Assembly (NCBI GenBank): GCA_025594325.1
Contig: JANHCV010000003.1
Location: 2,578,355 to 2,642,354, forward strand
DNA: 64,000 nucleotides
Direction of reading: 5' to 3'
From: Blastocladiella emersonii ATCC 22665
Lineage: Eukaryota > Fungi > Blastocladiomycota
The notes beneath the pieces were generated by a model that saw nothing but the letters and a program-made list of their open reading frames with translations, was not told the DNA's origin and searched no databases. The translations under genes and the position numbers were made by a program. Shown in pieces: positions 1-10,167 of this stretch. Numbering within the stretch: the stretch's first letter is position 1; the number at the start of each line of letters is the position of its first letter.

Positions 1-2389
1 GTCCCCCGCCACGCGCCTGGGCCCGCCGGTCGGTCCCTGCCGGGCCTGCTCGATCGACGCGTCCCGATCGCCTCGTGCCTCCGCGGCCGCACTCACCGCC
101 CGACCCGCGCAGCTGCCGTGTCGCCTCGACTCCGTCGAGCACGGGCATAATCAGGTCCATGAGGATCACGCCGACGGCCGCGCGCGCGGGCGAGCCGGTC
201 ATGAGCAGCGCGTCGAGCGCCTCCTGCCCGTGGGCCGCCGTGAACACGCGCGCGTACCCGGCACGCCGCAGCGTCGCCACCGTCACCCGCTGCACCAGCG
301 CGTTGTCCTCGACCACGAGCACCGCCGTGCTCTCTTTTTGTGATGGTGGTGCTGCAGCTGCTTCCTCGGTCGACTGCGCCACCTGCTCAGGGGGCGGCGG
401 CGGCAGCTGTTTCGGTGCTGGCGCTGAACTCGACGCTTCTGGCACTGCTTCCGGTGGCTGTGATCCGACGGCACACGCGTCAGGGACGACATCGGACAGC
501 TGCGCTTCCGCCGGCGCGGGCAGCACCACAGCGACTGCCGCCGAGGCCGAGTCCAACATCAGCTCCGACTCGACAAGCGTCGCCTCCTCGTCGGCGTCAG
601 CCGCGCGCGCTGCGCCGAGCAGCGGCGGCCCACCGGGCAACGTCGGCACGGGCCACCGCCACGCCGGCGCCCCGCCCTCGCCGCCAATCGCCTGCAGCGG
701 GCACGGCGCGCCCGAGGGCGTCTTGCACGGCCGCACGGGGACGCGCAGCGTGAGCAGCCCGTCGTGCGCCGACACCGCGAGGGTGCCGCCCGCGGCCTCG
801 GCGAGCGCGTGCATCTTGGCGAGCGCGGGATGGCGTTGCGTGGCCTCGAGCGGTGGCACGCGCAGGCGGACTTCGGCGACCAGGTGCGGCGTGCAGCCCG
901 TCTCGACGAGCACGCCGAGCGTCCACCCGTCGACGGTCGTATTGGTGAGAGCGCGCCCGGCCACAGCGACCTCGGCGAGCGCGCGCCGCGCGCGACGTGT
1001 CACGCACACGCACGGCGGGGTGGTCGCGGTGCGCGGCTGCCCGTGCGGCGAGCCTGGGAGCCCCGTCAGGCTCTCGGCGGCCACGTCGACGTGGTACCAC
1101 CCGTCCGCGTCCGTCGAGTCGCCCGCGTGGTCGCTGTTGCTGAGCGTGTCCGCGGACCCGGCGCGCGAGCCGTGCGTTGGTGGCACTGGCTCGAGGAGCA
1201 CGGTGCCGGGAGCGAGCGCGGCGGGCGCGGGCACCAGCGTACGAGACCACACCCCGACGCTGCCACCGCCGCCGCCGTCGCCGGTGCAGCTGCCAGCGCT
1301 CGACTCGACGCGCTGCTGCTGCTGCACCGGGCACGCCGACCCGGCGCCCGATGGACACGCTCGCACCGGCAGCCGCGCGACGAACATGTGGCCGGGGTAC
1401 CCGCGGCACGGGACGACGTCGACGGCGCCGCCAGCGCGGCGCGCGAGGCGGCGCAGGACCGCGACCTGGAGCCCGAGCAGGCGGAACTCGGCGCCCTGGC
1501 CGGGGACCGACCAGTCAAAGTGGGTGGTGAGCGCCGTGATCTTGTGCGGCGCGAGCGTCGGCGGGAGCCACAGGCGGATCTTGGCCATGGCGGTCGCCGT
1601 GGCGCCGTCGCCGAGCGCGGGGATGTACGACCACCCGTTGGCCGTGGTGCCGGGCACGGTGCGCCCGACAATGGCGATCTTGGTCAGCGCGCAGCGCGCG
1701 AGCGGCGACACGCACATGCACGGTGGCGACGGCGACGGGGACGACCCGGCGCACCACTTGAGCCCGTGCAGCGACTCGGCCTCGATATTGACGTGGTGCC
1801 ACCGCGCAGCGTCGGCCTCGCTCGCACCCGTGCTCGCCGTCGCGTCGACGGCAGGATCGTCGTTCTCGTCGCCGTCGGCCGCGCCCGTATACTCGACGAC
1901 GGCTTGGAGGAGCGCGTGGACGTGTTCGGCGGCCGCGACCACGGCGGCGCGGTCGACGTCCGTCCCAACGGCCTCCATGGTGCCCTGGATCACGTAGACG
2001 GGGTTGCGCAGCTCGTGCGCGAGGTACAGGAGCAGGCGGCCCTGCTGCGCGTTGAGCGACTCGGTCTCCTTGAGCAGGTCGTTGAGCCGCCAGTCGCGCG
2101 TGTGCTGCTCGGTCAGGTCCGTGGTCGCTACTGCTGAGGTCGGGCGAGTCTGGCAGAGCGCTGCCCGAGCCGAGGATGGCGGGCGGCGGCCACAGCAGCG
2201 TGGTCGAGGCGGTTGACCCCCGCGTGGGCTCGAGGTGGCGCGCGAACGGGTCCGACCTCTGCCGGTCACGGCGTGGTTGCGCACGCGTGCTCCTCGAACG
2301 CGCGGTCGGCGAGGAGGACAGCAGCAGGCCGAGGGTCGCGTCCGAGGGTGCTGGAGTCGGCTCAGCAACGTGCGAGCGGGCAGCGGCAT
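1..2389 (-). CDS. HK1: sensor-less hybrid histidine-kinase-like protein (HisKA + two degenerate HATPase-like domains + receiver); 3' end runs off the window
   Basis: Hand translation of an open minus frame (absent from the track because it has no stop in the window) from ATG 2389: TDLTEQ...LLLYLAHELRNPVYVIQG, FDWSVPGQGAEFRLLGLQ, then AVLVVEDN...ILMDLIMPVLDGVEATRQLR. Probable intron donor GTGAGT at 96. Start codon uncertain. Confidence 0.8.
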   Translation of the reverse strand, partial: MPLPARTLLSRLQHPRTRPSACCCPPRRPRVRGARVRNHAVTGRGRTRSRATSSPRGGQPPRPRCCGRRPPSSARAALCQTRPTSAVATTDLTEQHTRDWRLNDLLKETESLNAQQGRLLLYLAHELRNPVYVIQGTMEAVGTDVDRAAVVAAAEHVHALLQAVVEYTGAADGDENDDPAVDATASTGASEADAARWHHVNIEAESLHGLKWCAGSSPSPSPPCMCVSPLARCALTKIAIVGRTVPGTTANGWSYIPALGDGATATAMAKIRLWLPPTLAPHKITALTTHFDWSVPGQGAEFRLLGLQVAVLRRLARRAGGAVDVVPCRGYPGHMFVARLPVRACPSGAGSACPVQQQQRVESSAGSCTGDGGGGGSVGVWSRTLVPAPAALAPGTVLLEPVPPTHGSRAGSADTLSNSDHAGDSTDADGWYHVDVAAESLTGLPGSPHGQPRTATTPPCVCVTRRARRALAEVAVAGRALTNTTVDGWTLGVLVETGCTPHLVAEVRLRVPPLEATQRHPALAKMHALAEAAGGTLAVSAHDGLLTLRVPVRPCKTPSGAPCPLQAIGGEGGAPAWRWPVPTLPGGPPLLGAARAADADEEATLVESELMLDSASAAVAVVLPAPAEAQLSDVVPDACAVGSQPPEAVPEASSSAPAPKQLPPPPPEQVAQSTEEAAAAPPSQKESTAVLVVEDNALVQRVTVATLRRAGYARVFTAAHGQEALDALLMTGSPARAAVGVILMDLIMPVLDGVEATRQLRGSGGECGRGGTRRSGRVDRAGPAGTDRRAQARGGG

Positions 2390-2789
2390 CGAGATCTGGG
2401 CACAGCGGCGCACGTTCGCCAGTTTGCCGGGCCGGCTGCCGGGTGCGACGTGTCGCGGCGCGTCGTGGGTCACGGCGGATCGGCTCTGGTTGGCTCAGAC
2501 TCCATGTCACGGCCGTTGCGGGAAGTGGATTGATACATGGCTGCTGGGCAACGATGCAGACCGGCGAGAGAGAAGAGAGAGCGCGCGCACAGCGTGCAGG
2601 CCGCCGCCAGGGGCCATCCAACGCACCCCGCGCCCGCGGTGATCACGCGCACTTGTCCCTCGCGTCGCAGACGCGTCCGTGCGTCTGTTTCAAAACAGGT
2701 CTTGAAGCCATCGCCACCGTCGAGTACACAAAACGAGATGAATGAATTGCAAGGTAGCGAGCGACCAAAAAAAGGCGAGGGGGGAATAT

Positions 2790-5700
2790 TTACACGAGCG
2801 CGGCCGCGTCGACGGCGCCACCCTCGACGAGCGCCGCGACGGTACCGACGAGCACGTCCTTCTTGACGGGCTTGGTGAGGAATGCGTTGAACCCGGCGTC
2901 GCGGCACCGCGCGCGCTCCGCCTCGAGCGCGTTGGCCGTGAGCGCGAGCACCGGTAGCCGCGCGCGCGACCACGTTGCGCGCAGTTGCCGCGTCGCCTCG
3001 ACGCCGTCGAGCACCGGCATCATGAGGTCCATGACCACCACGTCGACGGGGAGCTGCTCCGGGTCGGTGGGCGAGGACCGCGCGGCGAGCAGGTCGAGCG
3101 CCTGCTGCCCGTCGTCCGCGACAAACACTTCGAACCCGGCGCGCTCGAGGAACCGCCGCGTCAGGTTCTGGATCAGCTTGTTGTCCTCGACGACGAGCAC
3201 TCGGAGCGCAGCGGCGGCTGGCGGTGCGAGGGTGGCCGGTGATGGAGCGGTTGCAGTTGGTGGTGGCGGCGCTGATCGAGGCGCTGATGGTGGTGCTGCA
3301 GCAGGAACAGGCGAGAGCGGGGACGTTGATACAGCTGGTGACGCGGGCAACGGCGTCGCGATGGCAGCCTTGACGAGTCCCGGCGAAAGCAGCGGGACCG
3401 ACTGCGGTATTGGTCGCGCCGGCGGCGGTGGCAGTCGGGGCGGCGGCTCGAGCGCGACCGCCGGGTCCACGGTGCGCGGGCCGGGGCACGCCGCGCCGTC
3501 AGCACACGGTCGCGCGGGCACGGCCAGCCGGATCGCGCGGCCCGCGCAGTCGACGTGCACGCTGCCGCCCGCGAGCGACGCGAGCAGCCGCAGGATCGCG
3601 AGCTGGAGGCCGACGAGGCGGAACTCGGCGCCCTGCCCGGGGATCGACCAGTCGAACGTCGTACTGAGCGCGCTCTGGTCGTGCTCGGGCAGGTCGGCGG
3701 GCAGCGCGAGCGCGATGGTGACGGCGGCCGAGTCGTATCCGCAGTGCGAGACGGACGTTCCGGGGACCGCGGTCGCGACAGCCTCGAGCTTGCGCAGCAC
3801 GCGAACCGCAGCGCGTGTCAGGACGAGGCACTGCGGCCACGCGCCGCTGACGTCGCCGAGGTGCGCGCCGGGCACGCCGCGGAACAGGTCGCGCACCGCG
3901 CTCGCACCGCCGTAGACGTGCGTCGGCAGCTCGAGCGCCGCTGCGCCGTCGCCGGGTAGCCGTGACCGGCTGGACAGCGACATGCGGCGGCGGCGGCGGC
4001 TCGCGGCCAGGCGGCGCGTAGCGAGCGACTCGGCCGACCCGGTCCCAGGCGGAGACACGGGCGAGCCAGTGAGCGGCGAGGATGACGGAGCTGCGGCCGC
4101 CACCGAGTCGCCCGCGTCCACGGCCTCGCGCGCCTCCATGTACTCGACGACGGCGTCGAGCAGGGTGCACACGTGGTCGGTCGCCGTAGCGACAGCCGCA
4201 CGATCAATCGCGTCGCCCGCCGCGGCCGTGGTGCCGGCCGTGTCGCCGCCGCCCTGCACGGTGCCCTGGATCACGTACACGGGATTTCGTAACTCGTGCG
4301 CGAGGTACAGCAGCAGGCGGCGCTGCTGCGCGTTGAGGAGCTCGGTCTCGCGCAGCAGCTCGGCGAGGCGGCGGTCGCGCGCGCGCTGCTCCGTCAGGTC
4401 CGTGAGGACCAGCACCTGGTTGACGGCCGGGTTGCCCGTCGGCTGCGACACGTTGATCATGGCGTCGATGCGGCGCGGCGGCGGCGGCGGGAGTGCGGCA
4501 GCCTCGAGGTCGACAAACTCGGGAGCATCGGACGCGGGGGTGTACGGGATCACGCGGACCTCGCGGCGGCCCGGGTGTAGCATGGCCGCTGTGACCGAGT
4601 CGATGAGCGGGTCGGCCGCCATGGCCTTGCCGCTCCCGCTGCTCGTGGTGCTGCTCATACTGCCCTTGGAGAGGAACTTGGCGGCGGCAATGGCCGGGCG
4701 GTTGGCGCGTGTAATGTCGTCGGTGGTCGTGACCGCAGCGGCCGCGGCAGCGGCGGACGTCACCGGTGCGGGTCCCGACCCAGCGGCCGTGGACAGATCG
4801 GTCGAGCTCGGGCACGGCGAGTCGGTAGGCGCGAGCAGGTCGGCGACGCGGAACACGTTCTGGCGGATCGACTCGGGCGAGTGGCCCGTGAGCGCGAGGA
4901 GCGGCGCGTTGACGCCGACGACGGTGCCCTTGGCGTTGACGAGGATCATGGGGTTGGGCGTGACCTGCATGATGGCCTCGGAGTGCCGCTTCCACGACCC
5001 GAGCAGGCGCTCGGTCGAGTGGAACCGGCGGAGGCGGACGAGGACGCGGGCCACGGCGACGGCGAGGACGAACCCGACGAGCGCCGTGATGATGGGCGCG
5101 GCCACGTTCCACCCGGACGTGAAGAGCGCGTTGAGCTCGGCCGACGCGACGCACGTCGCCTGGAACGTCTGCGCGGCCGCGGTGATGGGCAGCTTGACGG
5201 TGAACTGCGGCAGCGGCGTCGCGTCGGCGGGCGCGTCGGGCGGCGGCGAGTGGTACGAGAAGGCGTCGCCGAGGTCGATGGTCAGGCGCACGAGGCCGCG
5301 GGCGGCGGCGGGGCCGAGCGACGAGTCGAGGTAGCTTTGCAGCTATGGGCGGGACGAGAGTCAGTTGATGGCCACGGTCGAGGTCGAGGTCGAAGTGAAA
5401 AGCGTACGTTGAACCCAGCGCAAATGGCCCATTGTGACCCGTCGGGGCGCGTGAAGGGGCGCGAGTAGTAGAGGACGCCCGGGACCGAGACGCCGAGCGG
5501 GGCGCGGAGCGGGACGACGGTGGTGAGCTGGCCGAACCCGGTCTCGTTGGCGGCGGCCGCAACAAACGCCTCGCCACGGATCCCCGAGCTGAGGTCCCAG
5601 CCGGTGAGCGATGCGCTGTACGGGTAGCTGAGCGACACGACCCAGTACTCGTTGGCGCGCGGGCGCGGGCGCGAGGCGATGATGCGCATGTCGTCGCGCG

Positions 5701-6712
5701 CGATGCGATCGACCGACTCGAAGATGGTCACGTTGTTGGCAGCCTCCCACGCGGCGCGGCGGTCGTCGGCGACGCGCTCGAGGTAGACGAAGCGCAGGTA
5801 GCTCGAGAGGGCGGGGCTGGCCGAGAGCTGGGTGATGGACGCGTTGGTCATGGCGGGCAGCTGCGCGGCCGACGACCGCAGCAGCACGACGGGGGCCACG
5901 ACGCGGCTCGACAGCTCGCCGGCCAGGCGGTCGCCGAGCTGGCCGCACCGGTAGGTGAGCAGGGCGAGGGTGTTGTCGTCCTCGCCGCCGCGCAGGAGAA
6001 AGTGGATGAAGACGGCGAGCGTGATGGCGAGGGCGATCAGGGCGACGGGGAGCACGGCGACGCAGGCGAGCGAGGGCGTCCCGCGGCCCGAGTAGATGGC
6101 GCGCGCGAGACGGTGCCACGGGCGCTGCCACGCGGGCAGGTCGGCCAGGTCCATGTAAGACGAGTCGGCCATGGACGAGGCCTTGGACGCAGCGAGAGGC
6201 ACCGCACCGCCGAGGCCGCCGGTCGGGCTCTGCGGCGGCGGCAGCAGTGGTCCGCCAGCGTGGGCGACGCTGCGGTAGCGGTGCCGCTGCGCCTGGCCGC
6301 CCTCGGCCACGCCCGCGCTCGGCCCAGTGCCCGCGGAGACGAGCAGCGGGATGTCGGCGCCCCCAGCGCGCACGGCGTTGGGCGGCAGGGTGCTGAGGGC
6401 CCCGTCGGGCGATGCGGCGCGATGGCGGCGCGGCGGGCGAGTGCGCCCAGCAGGACCGGGAGCGCTGGCAGCGGTGTCGCGCGACGAGGTGCCGGCGGAG
6501 GCGGCCGAGTCGCCCGATACGGTGCGCGCGGCACTGGTGAGCGGGAACGAGGCGTCGAGGGCGATCAGCGGCGCGTGGTCGTGGTCGGCGTCGTCGTTGG
6601 CGCGAGCCCGCGACGGTGCGGCGGCAGAGGGAGAGCCGAGCGGGAGCAGCGGCAGCGGCGGGAGCGTCTGGGCGCGCTTGTGCGGATGGCGGGAGCGGTC
6701 GCGCGGCGCCAT
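2790..6712 (-). CDS. HK2: membrane hybrid histidine-kinase-like receptor TM-CHASE-TM-PAS-HisKA-degenerate HATPase-REC; exons 6712-5408, 5342-2790 (~1285 aa)
   Basis: Two TM helices flank a CHASE-like segment (YLERVADDRRAAWE...EYWVVSLSYP...GWDL). Intron 5343-5407 (GTACGC...CTGAC...ATAG) joins the two track ORFs in frame. Also PAS (AIMQVTPNPMILVNAKG), LAHELRNP, and REC (VVEDN, MDLMMPVLDG, LTAN, FLTKP). Confidence 0.9.
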
Positions 6713-7410
6713 GGCGGCCCCTCGTCGAGGTCAACGAGCAATCAATGTGCGAGGGTGCGATGTGCGATTGCGTTGCAGGAAGTGGGGGTTCGTGGTGGGC
6801 GACGGAGGGCGCGGATGGCAGGCAGCGGCGGCGGGTGGCAGCGGGCGGCAGCGGCGGCAGCGGCGGCAGCGGGAGCGAGGGACAGGGCGCGGGCGGCGAT
6901 TAGCGAGCGAACGCAACGCGGGCCGCCAGCGCATGCCAACCCAAACGATAACAACGCGCGGACGGCCCCCGAGTCGCGCGCGCCAAGCAGCCCGCGCCAG
7001 GCCGAGCGCGCCGCAGTGGGGCCGATGGCGGCGGTGCGGCGCGGCGCGATGCGTGCGGCGCAGACGGGCGCGGCGGTCGCGGCCCGCGGTCCACGCGACC
7101 GGGACGGGAAGGCGGGGCGGGGCGGGGCGGCGGGGCGGCGCGAGGTCGGCCGCGTCGGCGCGCTCGGCGGGTCTCCGATGCGCGACCTCGGCAGGGCGAG
7201 GCTCCTGCTCGAGCGCGAACGATCGACGCTGGTGAGTGATCGATCGGCTGCCGAGGGCCAAGTCATTGCTGGCGTTGCGCCACTGTTAATCCAACGCGCA
7301 CACCGGTATTCTCAGGGGGCCATGCTCGAGCGAAGGCGCGGGAAGCCGTGGCTGCCTGGACGCCAGGCAAGTGATCGGACGTCAGACAAACCCAGCTCAG
7401 GTCGCAGCGC

Positions 7411-7443
7411 GCGCGGGAGACAGCGGCGCGGGAGACAGCGGCG
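7411..7443 (+). repeat. 15-bp direct tandem repeat (GCGCGGGAGACAGCG x2)
   Basis: Directly visible, intergenic between the HK2 start and the FAD1 stop. Confidence 0.7.
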
Positions 7444-7504
7444 AGAGGTGGTCAACAGGTACATTTCATTGCTAGTAAAAGAGGGTAGGTAACAAGCGCC
7501 GCCG

Positions 7505-8440
7505 TCACGCGGCGCCGTTGGCCGCCTTGGCTGGCGGCGCGGGCAACCGGCCGGCGCGCTCGAGGCTGCCGTCGACAAGGCGCCACGCGGGCAGGAACTC
7601 GTCATCACGAACGCGCAGCGCCGGGTTGGGCACGGTGCGGTCGCGCGCGCCGAGCGACGTGTACCCGAGGTCGTACAGCGGGCAGTACTCGACGCGCAGC
7701 GCGAGCAGGAACAGCCAGATGTCGGCGAACCGCCAGTCGAGGATCGGGTTGACGCGCACCAGGTCGGGCCACCCCTTGTCCACGTCGCACGGCTGGAACG
7801 CCGCCAAATGTGCGCACCACGGGTCGGTCCGCCGCGTCCCGACGCACACGGCGCGCGCCGCCGGGAACGCCGCGTGGAACGCCGCGAGCCCCGCCTGCAT
7901 CGGGCCCGCCACCGTCACCATGTGCAGCCGGTACCGCGCCGCGCACTTGGCCACAAACGCCGCCTCCTCGGGGAACCCGTTGGCCGGCGCCACGTGCACC
8001 GTGATCAGCTTGGTCGCCGCAGCGTCGGCGTCAACGCCCGCGAGCCGCGCGTGCCGGTGCAGCACCGCCGCCAGCATGTGCAGCAGCACCGTGCAGTCCT
8101 TGCCGCCGTTGAACGACATGCCGAGCTGCCGCGGCGGCGGCGCGTGATACTCGAGCACCGCCGCCTCGAGCGTGGCGACTGCGCTGGTCACGATGGAGAC
8201 GAGCCGCGCGCGTGCTGCGTCGGAGAGTTGGGAGGTTGCGGGCAGCGGGAGCGGTTGTGCAGGGTCGACGAGCCGCGTCGTGGCGACAAACTCGTACACG
8301 TCGCGCTCGACGGCCGCGAGGTCGAGTGGCGGGTACAGCGGGAGGTCCTCGGGGCCGCTCTCGGCGAGGGCCGCCAGCGCGGCGAACGCGTCGGCGTCGG
8401 TGCCGAGGTCGACGGCAGTCATGGGGCCGTTGGGTGTCAT
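7505..8440 (-). CDS. FAD1: FAD synthetase (PAPS-reductase family FMN adenylyltransferase)
   Basis: SFNGGKDCTVLL PP-loop, VGTRRTDP, RVNPILDW and YCPLYDLGYTSLG motifs. ATG at 8440 (alternative 8422). Confidence 0.92.
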   Translation of the reverse strand: MTPNGPMTAVDLGTDADAFAALAALAESGPEDLPLYPPLDLAAVERDVYEFVATTRLVDPAQPLPLPATSQLSDAARARLVSIVTSAVATLEAAVLEYHAPPPRQLGMSFNGGKDCTVLLHMLAAVLHRHARLAGVDADAAATKLITVHVAPANGFPEEAAFVAKCAARYRLHMVTVAGPMQAGLAAFHAAFPAARAVCVGTRRTDPWCAHLAAFQPCDVDKGWPDLVRVNPILDWRFADIWLFLLALRVEYCPLYDLGYTSLGARDRTVPNPALRVRDDEFLPAWRLVDGSLERAGRLPAPPAKAANGAA

Positions 8441-8743
8441 TGGTTCACCGTCTAATACATGGGAGGAAGGAGGGCGGGAGAGTGAGCTGACAGATGGGCG
8501 TGGAAGCCCGATCGTCGCGTGACCGGCGCGCGCGGCAGCGTGGCGCGGAGACATTGCATCACTCTGCGTGGCGCATCAGGTGCGCGCACGTGCGCCGATC
8601 TTTCTCGCGCGTGGCGTCTCCGCTTGGCGTCTCCCCTTGGGTGCCGCGCCACAGCAGTCCCCGCTCTCCCTCCCTCGGCAACTCTGCACCGAACCTGCTA
8701 CGCATCAACGAACTTCACACGCACGCACGCACGCACCCGAGTC

Positions 8744-10092
8744 ATGGCCTCCGACTCGACGACCATGACCTCGCGGCCCGCCCACCCGCCCCGCGCGCCC
8801 GCCGCCGCCGTCGTTGGCAAGCCCGACGTGCGCTTCCTCGACGTGACCGTCGACGAGGCCGACCTCGACGGCTGGGCGCGCCGCCTGGGTGCCGACCTCG
8901 GCCTGGCCTCGGCTGCCGACGTGGCCGCTGCGCGCGTGACGCGGTGCAAGCAGGGCATCACCAACAAGCGTACGCCTGCTTGCTCCGACTTGCTGTGCCC
9001 GCGCGGCTGACCTCCTGCTCCAGTCCTCAAGGTGTCGCTGCCGAACGGCACAAAGTACCTCGTGCGCGTGTACGGGCACGGCACGTCGGCGCTGATTGAC
9101 CGTGACGCCGAGGTGCGCAACATGGCGTGGCTCGCGGCGCACGGCATGGCCCCGCCGCTGCACGCCCGCTTCCGCAACGGCCTCGTCTACGGCTTCGTCC
9201 CCGGCGACGCCGCCCACCCCGAGGCCCTCGCCCACCCCGCCGTCTGGCCCGCCATTGCCCGCCACGTCGCCGAGTGGCACGCGCTGCCGCTCCCGCCCGC
9301 CGCCAAGGACGCCGGCTCCACGCTGTTCCCGACGCTCGACCGCTGGCTCGCCATGGGTACGCCTCGCGCTGCTTTACCCGCCGGGAACTGCTCGCTGACG
9401 CAGTGCTCTGCCCTCCTCCAGTGTATGAGTCGGCCGGCCCGTCCGCGACCCACTTCCACGGCATCGCCCTCGCCGACCTGACGGCGCAGCGCGACCTGCT
9501 CGCCGCGACGCTGCCCGCCACGCCCGTCGTCTTCGCCCACAACGACCTGCTGTCGGGCAACATCATCCTGCAGCACGCCGACGACATTACGCCGCCGACC
9601 TCGCCCACCGTGACCACCTCGTCGGGCAACGACTCGGACGACCACATCGAGACCGAGTCAGAGCTGCGCACCGTGGCGCGCGCCCGCTTCATCGACTACG
9701 AGTACGGAGGCGTCGGCTGCGCGGCCTTCGACATTGCAAATTCATTTTGCGAATGGGCCGGGTTCGACTGCGAGTACTACCGCTACCCGTCACTTGCAAC
9801 GCAGCGCGCATGGCTGCGCGTGTACCTCGGCGCGTCGGCCACCGACGCCGCCGTCGACGTGTGGCAGGCCGCCGTCGCCGAGTACACGCTCGCCGCGCAC
9901 CTGTACTGGATCCTGTGGGCGCTCGTCCAGGCCACCGTGTCCGATATCGACTTTGACTACGCCGCGTACGCCAACCTGCGCTGGGCCGAGTACCACCGCT
10001 GGGCCAAGACCAAGTGCCCGCCGCCTCCGCCATGTCGGCCCGCGTCGGCCGCGTCCGCGGCCTCGTCGGCGCTGGCCGAGGGCGCAGAGTAG
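8744..10092 (+). CDS. EKI1: Ethanolamine/choline kinase; exons 8744-8969, 9024-9356, 9422-10092
   Basis: QGITNKL, LVRVYG, Brenner motif FAHNDLLSGNII, FIDYEYG, AFDIANSFCEWAGF. Two GT-AG introns restore the frame. Confidence 0.9.
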
Positions 10093-10167
10093 GAACGATT
10101 TGATAGACATGTAACTGACTTATACATTTGCCTTCAAAACTGCTCGAACAATAACGGTTTCTCCACT

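Noticed and set aside
75-1997. Long plus-strand ORF, and similar long ORFs such as 14292-17342 (-), 10268-12592 (-), 52456-54348 (+) and 58413-59930 (-)
   Set aside because: Antisense or off-frame shadows of real genes; high GC suppresses stop codons, and the translations have no motifs.
2130-2790. Hidden sensor/PAS exons for HK1, or an HK2-HK1 fusion
   Set aside because: The frames inspected show no TM or PAS motif, the space is too short, and HK2 ends in a clean TAA followed by an AT-richer 3' region.
7411-8740. Short repeats (15-bp tandem at 7411, (GCAC)n near 8720) as a CRISPR-like or regulatory array
   Set aside because: Only 2-4 adjacent units with no spacers; ordinary slippage repeats.
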